A stretch of 64,000 bases of DNA from Eledone cirrhosa. Taxonomy: Eukaryota. A program made the translations under genes and the position numbers. Below, piece by piece: positions 29,570 through 44,697 of the stretch (positions within the stretch are counted from its first letter, which is position 1; each line of letters opens with the position of its first letter). The notes beneath the pieces were generated by a model, which was given only the letters and a program-made list of their open reading frames with translations, was not told the DNA's origin and did no database searches. The stretch spans positions 38,626,001 to 38,690,000 of the forward strand of contig OZ024754.1 of assembly GCA_964016885.1 (NCBI GenBank). Reading direction: 5' to 3'.

Positions 29570-30312
29570 TATGTGTGTTTACACAAAACATGATAAATGT
29601 GTTCTAAGCTTCTCTTCAAAAGTTACATTTACACACACACACACTACCACCACCACACCACACCACTCATTTTGTAATCCTGACATTGACTTTCCCATGG
29701 TTTTATGAGACATATATGACAGTATCACAGCAGTAGGAGTTTCTATTTATGCAGGTCACTCACCTAAACTTGGTAATCTGTCACCCACAACACAAATGTC
29801 CCCTTACTCCTCTAACTGATTTGATTCTTTTGTTTTATTTTCAGGTCAGATTCCTGCAACAATATGTTTACTCAGCTTGTGTATAAAATTGCTTTCTTGT
29901 TCAATGAAATCATTTGATGTTTTGAAAAAATCATGTCCATGTTTGGTGAAACAAAATTTGTTGTTTGATAAATTTGATGAAATGGTTCCTATTTGAGGTG
30001 AACCAATGAAATTTGTTTAAGTAAACTGTCATTTAATGATGATTTGCTCATTGCTTGCCAAAACTGTTTGATGAGATGCTCTTTGGTGAAATCATCCGAT
30101 GATGAAACAGCCCATATTTTCTATTTCAGTTTGGTTTTTATTAGTTAGAATAGTTTCTGTTATTTGTTTGTGTTAATTTTGAAGTTTTTTTAAATAGTTT
30201 ATATGACAGGAAACAGTTCAATTTTGATAGGGCTCAAGAAAAGTAGAATCTTGGTTGTACAGTTTATTTTTAACTTCCAGTTAGAATCACAGATATTTAC
30301 AATATATTAGAT

Positions 30313-31090
30313 GTAAATATGTACCCTAGAAGTAGAGGTTACTTAGCTGTAAATATGTACCTTAGAAGTACAGGCTACTTAGCTGTAAATATATATATAT
30401 ATATACCTTAGAAGTACAGTTTACTTAGCTGTAAATATGTATATACCCTAGAAGTACAGTTTACTTAGCTGTAAATATGTACCTTAGAAGTACAGGCTAC
30501 TTAGCTGTAAATATGTACCTTAGAAGTACAGGCTACTTAGCTGTAAATATGTACCCTAGAAGTACAGGTTACTTAGCTGTAAATATGTACCTTAGAAGTA
30601 CAGGCTACTTAGCTGTAAATATATATATATATATACCTTAGAAGTACAGTTTACTTAGCTGTAAATATGTATATACCCTAGAAGTACAGTTTACTTAGCT
30701 GTAAATATGTACCTTAGAAGTACAGGCTACTTAGCTGTAAATATGTACCTTAGAAGTACAGGCTACTTAGCTGTAAATATGTACCCTAGAAGTACAGTTT
30801 ACTTAGCTGTAAATATGTACCTTAGAAGTACAGGCTACTTAGCTGTAAATATATATATATATATACCTTAGAAGTACAGTTTACTTAGCTGTAAATATGT
30901 ATATACCCTAGAAGTACAGTTTACTTAGCTGTAAATATGTACCTTAGAAGTACAGTTTACTTAGCTGTAAATATGTACCTTAGAAGTACAGGCTACTTAG
31001 CTGTAAATATGTACCCTAGAAGTACAGGTTACTTAGCTGTAAGTATCTATATACCTTAGAAGTACAGTTTACTTAGCTGTAAATATGTAA
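30313..31090. repeat. About 36-bp minisatellite with a 230-bp higher-order period
   Basis: TA-expanded monomer recurs at 30391, 30621 and 30851. Confidence 0.92.
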
Positions 31091-32727
31091 TTGGTCAAGT
31101 TTTCATTAGTACATATCTATCCATGTAGCCCCTTCATAAATAATATATATTTAGTATTGATGACTAAAATACTTAAGGAACAGTTTGAAATGAAGGTGGG
31201 AATACATTTCATATCTGCTCTGGGGCTCTTAACACTTTTAGGGGGCTTATATTTTACATATATCCTGGAGCTATTGCTAGTTTTAGGGGCTTACATTTTA
31301 CATATATTTCCTGGGGTTATTGTCAGCTTTGCATGGGTCTGACTTTGTAGATATTTCATATATTCAGTTGATTATTATTAACTGTGCCATAGATCTGTCG
31401 AAGCAGAGCTGACAGGTGCCACTCAACAACAACAACAACAGCAACAACTACAACTACGTTACAGTTGATGTCACAAACTGATCTCTCCTTCTTTTCTTAT
31501 CATTCCTTGCATTGGGCAATATAACTCACTGATTGTGAGGATGTTTTATATCTTCAGGATTAGCAATGCCCCCACTCCATAACATGACCCCCCATCATTG
31601 ACCCAATTATCTAGGTAATTAGGTTTCAAGACCTTAAACTACATTTTATAATATAAACCAATTTATTTTGACTTTGGCAGGTGCCATGTGTGTGCTCTTC
31701 AGCTGTGATGGACACTTCCAAGGACACCAATAGTGTGAGTGTTAAGAAATGCAAGCACACCTAAGGAATCTTTCAAGTCTCCCTATTCCTTACTGCATGT
31801 CTTCATGGAGTGCCCTCTATCACTGTTGTTTGTTTTTTGGCCATTGGTCTTCAGTGCTGACTGCCTGATCACTCTCTTGTTACAGATGGAAAACCTGTAA
31901 CAAATTTACTAACTCCTCTTCCCCATTTAATATGATTGATAAAAGAGAAAAAAAACAAAATGAAAGTTAATGTTATTATTATTTATCCTTTTTATCATTA
32001 TAACTGATGACTAATTTCAATTTTATTCTAATATTGCGATGGTATTAAATATTCTAATTTCAACTCAATTCTTCTAGATATCTCATTAGCTCGATGTGGA
32101 TGTCTTACCTTTAATGAGCACTGAATACTCTACCAGCTCTGATATCAGATCTCACCCCTCTTAAACCCTAATACTCTACCAGCTCTGATATCAGATATCA
32201 CCCCTCTTAATCCCTAATACTCTACCAGCTCACATATCAGATATCACCCCTCTTAATCCCTAATACTCTACCAGCTCTGATATCAGATATCACCTTTCTT
32301 AAACCCTAATACTCTACCAGCTCACATATCAGATATTCAACCCCCCCCCCCCCCCACCTACCCACCACCACCACTGTCCTAATACTCTACCAGCTCACAC
32401 CTCAGATATCCCCACCCTTGTCCTAACACTCTACCAGCTTAGATATCAGATAGCCCCACCACCACATCACATCCCCACTACCTCTCTAATACCCTACCAC
32501 AGCAGATATTAGATACCCTTGCCTCCCTAATAAAAATGTTTTCTATCCTAGACACAAGGTCACATATTTTTGTAGAGGTCATAGTCAGTTAAAGCTTTCA
32601 TTACTATATTTCTAATGAAATACACTGTCTTTAAATTAATTAATGAAGAGTTTGGAGAGAATTACTAAAGTTATTTCATTAAGATGGTATTTGTAACATG
32701 ATTTAACAAAAGGTTCTTCTATAAAAT

Positions 32728-32918
32728 AATTGTTTCTACTTTTGGCACAAGGCCAGCAATTATCCCAGTGTATTACTGGTACTTTATTTTATCAACCCCG
32801 TAAGGATGAAAGGCAAAGTTAACCTTGGCGGGATTTGAACTCAGATCATAAAGGGCCGTAACTCTATGCTGCAAAGCATGGCGTCAGACCCTCTACCGAT
32901 ACTGCCAATCCACCGCCC
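32728..32918 (-). mobile_element. SINE family B copy
   Basis: Reverse complement of the 17997 element. Confidence 0.88.
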
Positions 32919-33437
32919 TCTATAAAATAATGTTGGGTAGATTTGATTTTATGAAATAAACCCACCATTTATAAAGGATCGGTTTATTTCATAGAACCAG
33001 AAGACGTGGTTTGGGTGGGTTGGTATTGTCTTCTTCTTTATTTCTTTCTTCTCCTTCTGAGGTTTATTGGGGACACAGTCCTCAGACACATCTTCCTGAG
33101 GGTCCTCTAAGAAGTCAAGTTAGTATGAAAAGCGTCAAATCACAGCTAGTCTACTGTTAGCATTCTATCAAGCTGAGGAGGATGAAAGATGAAGTTGACT
33201 TAGAAAGAAATAGAAGTATGAATATTCTGACTACTTCTATTTCACTGGCAGTTTACCAATCTTGGTGCCTATACCAATAATCATAACAACTTCTATATTT
33301 GCCAATAACAACAACAGACTGTTATATATTCATTAAATATCTGGTTGGCAACATGTCAATACCTTGAAATCAAGATAGAAATAAGAGTAATGTATGTATA
33401 TATGTATATATATATATGTATATGTATATGTGTGTAT

Positions 33438-33471
<34 letters not shown>

Positions 33472-33534
33472 GTATATGTATATGTGTATATATATGTATA
33501 TGTATATGTGTGTATATATATATATATATGTATG

Positions 33535-33591
<57 letters not shown>

Positions 33592-33628
33592 ATATATATA
33601 TATATATATGTATAAATATATATGTATA

Positions 33629-33870
33629 TCATCATCATCATCATCATCATCAGCGTTTAACGTCCGTGTTCCACGCTTGCATGGGTTTGGACGGGGGTAG
33701 TCCCACTTGAGGCAAGAGTGATTGTCTTGCTCGCATAGGACTGTCTGGCAGGTTTTCTACAGTTGGATGCCCTTCCTAACACCAACCACATTTACAGTGT
33801 GGGTCTGGGAGGTTTTTACCGTGTTGCCTACACGGCCACATTACAGCGTGGACTGTGTGTTTTTTTGTCG
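33629..33870 (-). mobile_element. SINE / RTE-tail element; related copies at 5770-5902, 43411-43610 and 340-500
   Basis: (CAT)n + catgggtttggacgg...ggatgcccttcctaacaccaacc, shared with the SINE A body. Confidence 0.75.
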
Positions 33871-34449
33871 TGACACCTACACGATCTCATTTGTTTCGGC
33901 CTCGATGGCGCGGCACCAACATAACTTTACATAGAACGGGGTGGTGTGGATCGGGTGGGGGTGGTGGGACGGGGTGTATTTGTTAGAGATGCCTACTGGC
34001 TGGAGTAGGTTTTACTATATATTTAGGTAAGGCGGGTCTTCTCTGTTACTGAGTACCGCCAAAGGTATATATGTATATAAATATATATGTATATAAATAT
34101 ATATGTATATGTATATATATGTATATAAATGTATATGTATATATATGTATATAAATATAAATATATATGTATATGTATATATATGTATATAAATATATAT
34201 GTATATGTATATATATGTATAAATATATATGTATATGTATATATATGTATATAAATATATATGTATATGTATATATATGTATATAAATATATATGTATAT
34301 GTATATGTATATAAATATATATGTATATGTATATATATGTATAAATATATATGTATATATATATATATGTATAAATACATATGTATATATATATGTATAA
34401 ATATATATGTATATGTATATATATATATGTATAAATATATATATATATG

Positions 34450-34913
<464 letters not shown>

Positions 34914-34933
34914 ATATATATATATATATTAAA

Positions 34934-34964
<31 letters not shown>

Positions 34965-35210
34965 TATATATATATATATATATTAAAATATATATATATA
35001 TATATATATTAAAATATATATATATATATATATTAAAATATATATATATATATATTAAAATATATATATATATTAAAATATATATATATATTTATTAAAA
35101 TAACAGATTAAAGTTTAAGCAAAGAATCGCTGCTTTCACTCTTAATGGTTCTTATATATTTGATATATACTTATCCTTATCGAGCCCTCTTTGGATTTTA
35201 GTCTTCACAT

Positions 35211-35242
<32 letters not shown>

Positions 35243-35499
35243 TATATTCATGTATATTATATAGCAAGGGAAGCAGACATTCAATGATGATGATATATAC
35301 ATATATAGTTTTCCCTGTCATCCTTCAAAGGTTGATAGATAAAGGACCAGGGTAGTAGATTAGTGGTATCATTACAGCCTCAGACAAGACACCATGAAGT
35401 ATCTCTTCAGGCTCTTTGTGTTTTAAGTTCCAATTCTCCACTGGAGTCCCACCAATCGTAAACTTATTCCACCTCCATTTACATGGTCTTAAAAGTTAT

Positions 35500-36170
35500 C
35501 TGAGAGCACATGACATTGAATAGACTTGGTACTTTTTCGCACAGCAATCATCATCCATATGTATCATATGTCCATACCAGCACACACTTCTCTCTCGCAC
35601 TATATTTAATTCATCTTATACCCTGTTCTTTTCTTAACCCATCTATGCTTCACCATTAATGCACGTTAATATCATACATCCATTGGAGCTTGCTTGCTTC
35701 ATTTCTCTCCAACCTTTGCATATTCTCTGCATTCACTGCCCATGTTTCTCTATCATACAACATTGAACTTTGCATGCATGCATCATACAGCTGGTCCTTC
35801 ACTCATAGAGAAAAATCTTATGTACATCTGCCACATACAAAGTCTATCTTTTCTGTTAGCCTCCCTGCTGTCCCACTACACTGTCCATCATATAGATTTC
35901 CTTTCTCATTTTCTACCTATCAAACATAGCCACTTCCCTTAGGAAACCAGAGTCCTGTCTTTACTACTTACTAAAACTTTTGGCTTTGCTAAGTTTGCTC
36001 AGAGCTCTTTTGATTCTAAGTTCTGTTTCAACAACAGGAATTTCTTCCTGAGCTCTTCTACAGATTCAGCTGTAAGAACCAGGTCATCAGCATACAGAAG
36101 TTCTCATTGACAACCTATCTTAAATTCCTCTGTTATGGCCTGGTGAACTATAATAAATAGAAGAAATGAC
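35500..36170 (-). mobile_element. Decayed RTE-clade LINE reverse-transcriptase fragment
   Basis: Minus translation LLFII..AITEEFKIGC..ELLYADDLVLTAES..EL with stops; downstream RTE thumb region. Confidence 0.8.
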
Positions 36171-36409
36171 TATATATATGGACAAATTTAGGGCTAGAAC
36201 CTAGGAACTTCTTATTTTAACAATATGACTGAAATAGGAAATGCATTGTGTGTGTGTAAATTTCAAAGTGTTATAAATATATATATACATATATTTTTTT
36301 TATAACACTTTGAAATATATGAATGTGTGTATATATATATATATATATATAATATATATACACACACACACACACACATGCACACACACACATGGCATAT
36401 TATTTATTA

Positions 36410-37370
36410 TGGTTGATAATGTATTCAAGAATCCTAAATTGAAGCCACCCCCCATACCAACAAAGCTATTGAGGAATCTACTAATGGCATATACAATAGA
36501 AGGGCCTTTTCACTGCCCACAAGTCAATTTATATAAACAAGGAGGTAGGGGAGCCATGGATTCTCCCTTAGGGTCTCCAGTCACTGCATTCTATTTAGCC
36601 TGAATAGAAAACAAGGTAATACCAAAACACATGTCACTACCATCATCATCATCATCATCATCAGGTCTAGTTTTCTATGCTGGCATGGCTGGTCGGGATG
36701 TTTTGAGACAATGTTTTACAGCCAGATGCCTTTCTTGTCACCAACTTTTTTAGTTGCCTCTTAAAACTTGCAGGAATACAGTGTCTTTATTTTAAAACTT
36801 GGAATGCACATAAAATATGCAGCAGCTATGTGGATAGTGAAGGCACATGGTTTAGTGGTTAGCGCATCAGGCTTGCAAACAGAAGGGTGTGAGCTCAATT
36901 CTCGGACCGGGTGATGCGTTATGTCCTTGAGCAAGACACTTTATTTCACGTTGCTCCAGTTTACTCAGCTGTAGAAATGAGTTGCGACATCACTGATGTC
37001 AAACTGTATCAACCATTGCCTTTCCCTTGGACATTATCGGTGGCATGGAGAAGTGAGGCTGGTATGCATGGGTGACTGCTGCTCTTCCACAAACAACCAC
37101 TAAAAATATACTACAACCTCGTCAATAACAAACCACAAACATGTAAACCTAAGAACAAGCTACAGCGGACTAATGTGATTTATGAATTTGATTGTAAGAA
37201 TTGAAGCAATAAACCTGAAGCCAACTGCTACATTGGCCATTCAAGTACAATTTTTGGAAGGATCAGCATCCATTTTCAACGAGGAGAAATTTGCGACAGA
37301 TTATGTCACACACCACAAAACTAAGCTGAATAGGAAAACTAATGGACAATACATCCATATTATACAGAAT
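36410..37370 (+). mobile_element. Decayed Penelope-like element fragments (RT motif and GIY-YIG), interrupted by SINEs
   Basis: F..P..NLYKQ..GAMDSPLG..AFYL at 36500-36600 and QRTNVIYEFDC..CYIGH at 37163-37240. Confidence 0.7.
36838..37098 (+). mobile_element. SINE with family A head and an alternative 3' body (A2)
   Basis: Same tRNA head; 3' half shared with the 58854 element. Confidence 0.8.
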
Positions 37371-38429
37371 TCAATACACCCAACCCACAACCCTTACTCC
37401 ATCCTCCCACTCCCACTCCCACCAACACCACCCACCCTTTCTCTGTAAAGTTATGTGGGTACCACAACATCCAGTCTAAACTAATGAGGTCATGTAGGTG
37501 TCACGGCAAAAAAAAACACAGCTCAAATCCCACTGAGGTTAACTTTACCTTTCATCCTTTCAAGGTTCATAAATAAAGTACCAGTCCTGTACAGACGCTT
37601 ATCCTTCTTCTATATTTCTTTCTCATTTCCTCTCTATCACATTCTCTCCGTCTCTGGAAGAAATCGACTGTGTTAGGCTTGGAAAGGGGATGAGCTCTGC
37701 CAGATTTAAATGTCCAAGAAACATATGGCATCACTATGGAGCCTCTATCCCCCCCCCCCCCCGCGCCCCCCAAGGGTTATATACCCTATCATTATAGAAT
37801 GCTAAGATTACATACACAGAATACATACACACACGACTAATCACAGATATGTCTAACAGTCAAGTGTTAAGTGTCAAGTTCCGTTTAAAAAACAATTCAA
37901 TGCTGATAATGAAAATATCATAAAATACATCTGTCTACAATAAAACAGGAAGTAAAAATAAGCCAGCAATATTTCACGTACTGATGAGGAGGATGTGAAA
38001 GTCTAAAAACATTCATTAGATTATGAATTTAGGAACTGTTTTGTTATAAACAAGCTGTAAAGGACTTATAAGAAAATATGAGAAAAAACATGATAAAAAT
38101 TGTTAAACTCAAATAAAATTATGTCTTTAATAACACAGACACACGCATAGTATGCAGAAAAAGGTTTATTTTGAGAGGAGACTACGAATCAAAGAAAGGA
38201 CTCAATACATAATAATCCATATATGTATATTATTTATGTCATTTTATTTGTACCTTTCAAAATATACTGATATATTAAAGCATTTGCACATTTATATTTA
38301 GCAACTTATATCAATCATAGTTGCATGGCTTAGAGGTTAGGGATGTTTGTCTCAAAATCATAAAATCATGAGTTTGATTCTTGGTGGTGGAATGTGTCCT
38401 TGAGCAAGTGGATGGAACATGTGGATTAG

Positions 38430-38670
38430 GTAGACCTAGGAAGACATGAGATGGGATAGGTGATACATATGGAGGATGTCGGTTTTATAGAGAAGTGTGA
38501 AGCTCTTAAAGTGGATGGAACATGTGGAAGAGGTAGACCTAAGAAGACATGGGATGAAGTGGTTAAAACTGACCTCAAGAAGCTGAACCTCATAGCATAG
38601 ATGACTAACAACCATAATGATTGGCAGTTCATGATGTTGGAGAAGACCCATTCACTACTGCTAGCAAGAC
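38430..38670 (+). mobile_element. RTE LINE 3' end fragment
   Basis: KCEALKVDGTCGRGRPKKTWDEVVKTDLKKL. Confidence 0.75.
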
Positions 38671-38803
38671 ATCCTATACATTCATTATGGATACATTCTT
38701 TTATTTATATATATATATATGTGTGTGTATCTCAGGTTCAATCGGGGGTAACCACAGTAAGGTACACAATACATAACAGAGTATAAATATTTAATATAGA
38801 AAT

Positions 38804-38856
38804 GGCTTCTACAGGACTAGAACTGTTTCATTTGAAGGAAATCATCAGAAAAGCCC
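38804..38856 (-). ncRNA. Hammerhead-ribozyme-like motif, type I
   Basis: Minus strand GGGCTTTT-CTGATGA-tttccttcaaat-GAAAC-AG ttctagtc CT-GTA^GAAGCC; weak stem II; related decayed copy near 27925-27975. Confidence 0.5.
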
Positions 38857-38950
38857 TTTCTATATTAAATATATATATAGTGGTAAAAAGCCATGAGGTT
38901 ATGTCCATAATTGGTAGAGCACTCAGTCAAAAGGTCAAGTTCGGTATAGA

Positions 38951-39091
38951 ATTAGTTCCACTACAAAATAGCAAACCATACTCGAGAACGTGCATTTTAC
39001 CAGATGGGTTTTCAGCCATACACAGGTTGAAAATCCATCTGGTGAAATGCATGTCCTCGAGTATGGTTTGCTATTTTGTAGTGGAACTAAT
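38951..39091. repeat. Fold-back hairpin with arms of about 67 bp
   Basis: attagttccactacaaaatagcaaaccatactcgag versus its reverse complement. Confidence 0.9.
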
Positions 39092-39095
39092 TTTT

Positions 39096-39137
<42 letters not shown>

Positions 39138-39394
39138 GTTTGAATCATTTTGCAATGGCTACCAAATATTATTAATGCCTGCATGCAATAATATTCATAT
39201 TTAAAGAATCTTGTTATTTTCTTCCCATATAAGTATCACATTTAAATTATCAAGGATTATTTATAATCAGTGTTCATTATATGGTTAATTTAATCTCTAA
39301 GCTTGCCCTTTTAACACATGTTTTAACCCATTTTTTTTTATAGTTTTCCATTGTAGTTTTTCTACTAATTTAATTACTACCCTCTCCTCTCTCC

Positions 39395-39745
39395 TTTTCC
39401 TAAAATTACTGTCCACCCTACCTTTTTTTCCTAAAATTACTGTCCACCCTACCTTTTTTTCCTAAAATTACTGTCCACCCTACCTTTTTTTCCTAAAATT
39501 ACTGACCATCCTACCTTCATTTCCTAAAATTAATACCCTCACCTCTTTCTCTTTCCTAAAATTACTGCCCACCCTACCTTCATTTCCTAAAATTAATACC
39601 CTCTCCTCTCTCTTTCCTAAAATTACTGCCCACCCTACCTTCATTTCCTAAAATTAATACCCTCTCCTCTCTCTTTCCTAAAATTACTGCCCACCCTACC
39701 TTCATTTCCTAAAATTACTGCCCACCCTACCTTTATTTCCTAAAA
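39395..39745. repeat. About 33-bp minisatellite
   Basis: tttcctaaaattactgtccaccctacc repeats. Confidence 0.85.
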
Positions 39746-40227
39746 TGAACTTAACATTCCACCTTTTAACAATAGACTCAATTTCTACAACTTAGTTCTT
39801 ACCTGTTTTATTTAACATTTTCCTGACTATATTTCCAATGAAATACACTGCCAATGTGTTTCAATTAATTTTGAAAATAGCCAAACATTTGGAGGAATTT
39901 ACTAAAATAACAAACTCTTCCATTAGTAAGCTAATGTCTAGAAAATTTCTTAACAAAAATTTCTAAAATATAATCATGATTAAAGGTTTTTATATAAAGA
40001 TTAAAGATAAAGGCAGCAAATTGGCAGAGTCGTTAGGGCGTTGGATAGAATGCTTTACAGTATTCGACTCACCTCATTATGTGCTCTGAGTTCAAATCCC
40101 TCGATTTAAAAAGTAGTAATGGTTATATTGTATGTATAGATGGATCTGTAGACCCCCCCCCCAACCCTATAACCCTATTTCCAGAGAGATCTGCCTACAT
40201 GCAAATTGTAAATAATATATAATAAAT

Positions 40228-40606
40228 AATTGTTTCTACTTTTGGCACAAGGCCAGCAATTATACCAGTACATTACTGGTACTTTATTTTATCGACCCCG
40301 TAAGGAAGAAAAGCAAAGTTAACCTCGGCAGGTTTTGAACTCAGAACGTAAAGGGACATAACTCTATGCTGCAAAGCATGGTGTCTGACGCTCTACCGAT
40401 ACTGCCAATACAGTAATAATTGTTTCTGCTTTTGGCACAAGGCCAGCAATTATCCCAGTGTATTACTGGTACTTCATGTTATCGACCCTGTAAGGGTGAA
40501 AGGCAAAGTTAAACTTGGTGGGATTTGAACTCAGACCATAAAGGGCCGTAACTCTATGCTGCAAAGCATGGCGTCAGACCCTCTACCGATACTGCCAATC
40601 CACCGC
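40228..40606 (-). mobile_element. Two tandem SINE family B copies
   Basis: Reverse complement of the 17997 element, twice. Confidence 0.88.
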
Positions 40607-42045
40607 TAACTTCCTTTTATTGATGTGTTGTGTGTTTCATAATCAAAATTTGATTTAATCAATGACTATTTCTTATATTTCACTACAATGGAGTGTCTTT
40701 CTCTCAATATGGAAGCTGCACTTTTGAGCAAATCAACTGTTGACCTTAACTCAATAAATTTACCATTGTTGTTGTTGTTGCCATTACTACTACTGCTGCT
40801 CCTCCTTCTCCTTCCACTCAGATATCCAAGCAGTGCCTCTCATATGGAATGCTGTCTCAAGTGGTTTTCTTTCTTTGATATTGTTTGTTAATTAATTAAT
40901 TATTTCTTTTGATTGCCTTCCCTTTTTCTCTTTACAAACAATAGAGAGAGAGCTCTCTCTCTCTATATATATACTTTTCTTTATCTTATTTCTATTGTTT
41001 GCTACTTCTCTTCTCCCCCTTCCCCCCCCCCCCCCAATCTCCACTCCCACAACTACTAATATGCCTACCATTTACAACTAACAGCCCATCTCTCGGTCAA
41101 CCAGTCTAATAGAATTTTTTCTTAACTTTTTTTTTAATTAAAAAAAAAAAATAATAATGATAAATTATTAAATTAAAATTTTCAACAAAAGATATTTGAC
41201 AACAATATTTTTTTTCAAAATTAAAAGTCATCTAATTGCTATTATTGATACCATTAAAATGTTGTTGTTGTTAGTGTTGTTATAACAACTCTGTATATCA
41301 CTGTTCTTTTATGTTTCTTGTTTCTTCTCCTTTTTTTCTCTATCTTTGGGGAGAATGAGGCATTTTAATGGCTTATTCATCATTCACACACACACACACA
41401 TATAAGCATGCATATGTATATATGTACACACATGTATATATATATATTTGTGCATATACACATATGCATATATATATATGTGCATATACACATATGCATA
41501 TATATGTATATACACATGTGTGTATATATGTATATATATATACACGTGTGTATAACTATATGTGTGTATACACACATACGCATATAAATATATATATATG
41601 TATGTGTGTGTCTTTGTGTGCACACACACACATATATACATATATATATGTATATATATATATATGTGTACTCACATGAATACATATATGCATATGTATA
41701 TTTGTGCATGTGTGTGCACACATGTATACATATGCATATGTATATTTTTGTGTGTGTATGTGTGTGCGTGTATATATATATATATCTTCATTGTTCTACA
41801 TGTTCTGTTTATATTTAGTTCAGTTGCTCTAACATTGATGTATCTTTCTCTTCCTCTCTCTCCCTCTCTCTATTCTTCCCACCATCCTCTCTCCCTCTCT
41901 CTATTCTTCCCACCATCCTCTCTCCCTCTCTCTATTCTTCCCACCATCCTCTTTCCCTCTCTCTCTCGATCTCCCTTTCTCTGTCCCTCCTCTCCCTTTC
42001 TCTATCCCTCTCTCCATCTCTCACCATCTTTCTGTCAACCTGTAG

Positions 42046-42150
42046 CCCCGTAAAGTTCTTCTAGACCAGTTAAGTTCTCTAGGTAGCAACTCCGAAGACC
42101 GACTACCCGACTGCTTTCTCATGGTTAACACAGCAGAATGGCAAGGTCAG
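42046..42150 (+). CDS. PACS2: PACS exon PRKVLLDQLSSLGSNSEDRLPDCFLMVNTAEWQGQ
   Basis: ctgtag| ... CAG|gtaagt, 105 nt; resembles PACS2 PRKTVYDQL...VNTSDWQGQ. Confidence 0.93.
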
Positions 42151-42344
42151 GTAAGTGGATCCCCTATTCTATTGCATTTATTTCTATTTCTCGTGAACTT
42201 GTTGAATTACTCTTAGGTCTCAAATAAAAATCCAGAATTAGTCATTTAATTTTTACATATTGAGACCCCCAACCCATCCTATTTATTTTAAAGTATATGG
42301 GATTTCTAGTGATGTACTTTTTTGACATGTATAATGTTTTTTAA

Positions 42345-42586
42345 CCCTTTAGCATTTAAACCGGGTGTATCTGTTATCTCACCTCTTTCTGTACAAAACA
42401 GCTGTAACTGGCCACTCATACTGATGTTTAGGTATTGTTTTCAAAATAAATAATATCAAAATCTCATAGATTTGATATTATGTGAGGTAAAGCCTTTACC
42501 AAGAAAATATAATAGTAAATATAGAGTTTGTACAGAAAGAGATGAGAGAATTCTGGCCGGATATGGTTGGTTTAAATGATAAAGGG
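42345..42586 (+). mobile_element. piggyBac-type MITE
   Basis: TTAA-CCCTTTAGCATTT...AAATGATAAAGGG-TTAA; family also at 11231-11443 and 25515-25720. Confidence 0.8.
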
Positions 42587-42825
42587 TTAAGTTATGTTCC
42601 AAACACCAATTTAATAATCAGAAAGATATATTACTAAATCCTTCCAAATTATTTGAAAATAATAGGCAACGTCTTATGTTGGAAAGAGATGAAAATGTTA
42701 ACCCTAACTTAATGTTTCTTTATATGGATACCATCTCTAAATATGACTGTTGTCTTCTTGTTAGAACTAAACTGAACCTCTCTCCACTAGACTGACAAGG
42801 GTTTGTTTTTGTTTATTTTGCACAG

Positions 42826-42932
42826 TTCCTGATTCAAAAATGTCAGGATAAACCCCTTAAGCTGATCTCCACCTGTACCTCAGCAGACACAAAAGCTGTG
42901 GTCAATTTTCTTGTCACTAGAATTCAAAAATT
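42826..42932 (+). CDS. PACS2: PACS exon FLIQKCQDKPLKLISTCTSADTKAVVNFLVTRIQK(F)
   Basis: ttgcacag| ... TT|gtaagt, phase 0-2. Confidence 0.92.
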
Positions 42933-42987
42933 GTAAGTATTCCTCCATTTACCTGAAATACAAATCATAACTAGGCCTCATATGTCC

Positions 42988-43058
<71 letters not shown>

Positions 43059-43377
43059 ATGTTTGAGAATGACATGGCCACCCGACTTAACTTGCCTCAA
43101 ATGGGACAAGCCGTCTAACCCATGCTAGCATGGAAAGTGGACATTAAACGACAATAATGAATAAAAGGCCAAAATCCAAAGAGGGCTCGATAAGGATTGT
43201 AGAAAGAAGCCGCAGTTGAGGAAGCCCACGAAAAACATGAGCGGAGGTGGTGAGAGCAGACCTCAGATAGCTGAAGCTCACAAAGGAGATGACGAAGGAC
43301 CGTGATAAATGGAGAGATGATGTGTTGAATAGGACCCATCCCACCCTTGCAAGCAAGAAAAAGTGGACGTATGATGA

Positions 43378-43413
<36 letters not shown>

Positions 43414-43683
43414 TCATCATCATCATCATCTTCGTTTAACGTCCATCTTCCACGCTAGCATGGGTTAGACGGGAGTTGTCCCACTTGAGGCAAGGTTGGT
43501 TGGATGACCGTGTCTCGCTCATATAGGACTATCTGGCAGGTTTTCTACGGCTGGATGCCCTTCCTAACACCAACCACATTTACAGTGTGGAACTGGGAAC
43601 TTTTTACCTACATATAAGTATATATAAACCTGTAGAGCAAATATTTATTATTAGTACAGAATTTCTGCTCTCACCCTATACGG

Positions 43684-43721
<38 letters not shown>

Positions 43722-44488
43722 TTAATGAATGTAGACAATGTGCATTTCCAGATTATTTGCAGGCAATTACATGACATTAATTTGGGGAGATACTTGAGTT
43801 GATTGATTAAGGTGACACAAGCAAATGCCACACTAATAATTAATTAAGCATTTAATTAAAGACAACTATATATATGTGTGTGTGTATGTATACACACCGT
43901 ATAGAGGTAAATATGGTGTGGATGTAGACATGTAAACTCGCCAAATTTACATATTTCCCTGTAAACTGAAAAACTGATAAATATCTTGAATTGATTTTTA
44001 AACCTTTTTGGGGTTCTCATCAGAAGAGATGTACAACAGGTAAACAACCACAAGAAAATATGCAACTGATGATAATGAAAGGGTTAAACATTCATTTGTG
44101 TCTATATGTAATGTATTTTTGTGTATTCATATGTATATGTATGCCTGTATTAATCTGTATATGTATGGCAGTAGTCATATGTATATGTATGGCAGTATTT
44201 ATATGTATATATGTATGGCAGTATTTATATGTATATATGTATGGCAGTATTTATATGTATATATGTATGGCAGTATTTATATGTATATATGTATGGCAGT
44301 ATTTATATGTATATGTATGGCAGTATTTATATGTATATGTGTGGCAGTAGTCATATGTATATGTATGGCAGCAGTCATATGTATATATGTATGCCAGTAT
44401 TTATATGTATATGTGTGGCAGTTTTCACACTCTTTCTCAATAAACCTTACTCTACTGACTCTCATCTCAATACACTTTTGTATCCTAG

Positions 44489-44643
44489 CTGCAACAGTAA
44501 TTCCAAAAGCCCATCTCCTATCAAAATTGGTGTAGCTGGAAATGATGGTTACATCAACTCTATACTGCGACCATATGTTGAACAGTTCTCATCTAAATCT
44601 CCTGACTGGCAACACTATGTCAGATTTCTAGTCATTCCATTTG
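44489..44643 (+). CDS. PACS2: PACS exon CNSNSKSPSPIKIGVAGNDGYINSILRPYVEQFSSKSPDWQHYVRFLVIPF(G)
   Basis: tcctag| ... G|gtaagt, phase 2-1; strongly PACS-like. Confidence 0.95.
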
Positions 44644-44697
44644 GTAAGTACCTCTTTGTTGTTTGTTCACAATTTATTCTCTGCTGAGTGAATTTAA

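Noticed and set aside
37981-38010. CTGATGAG hammerhead-like start
   Set aside because: No convincing stem II, GAAA box or cleavage triplet arrangement.
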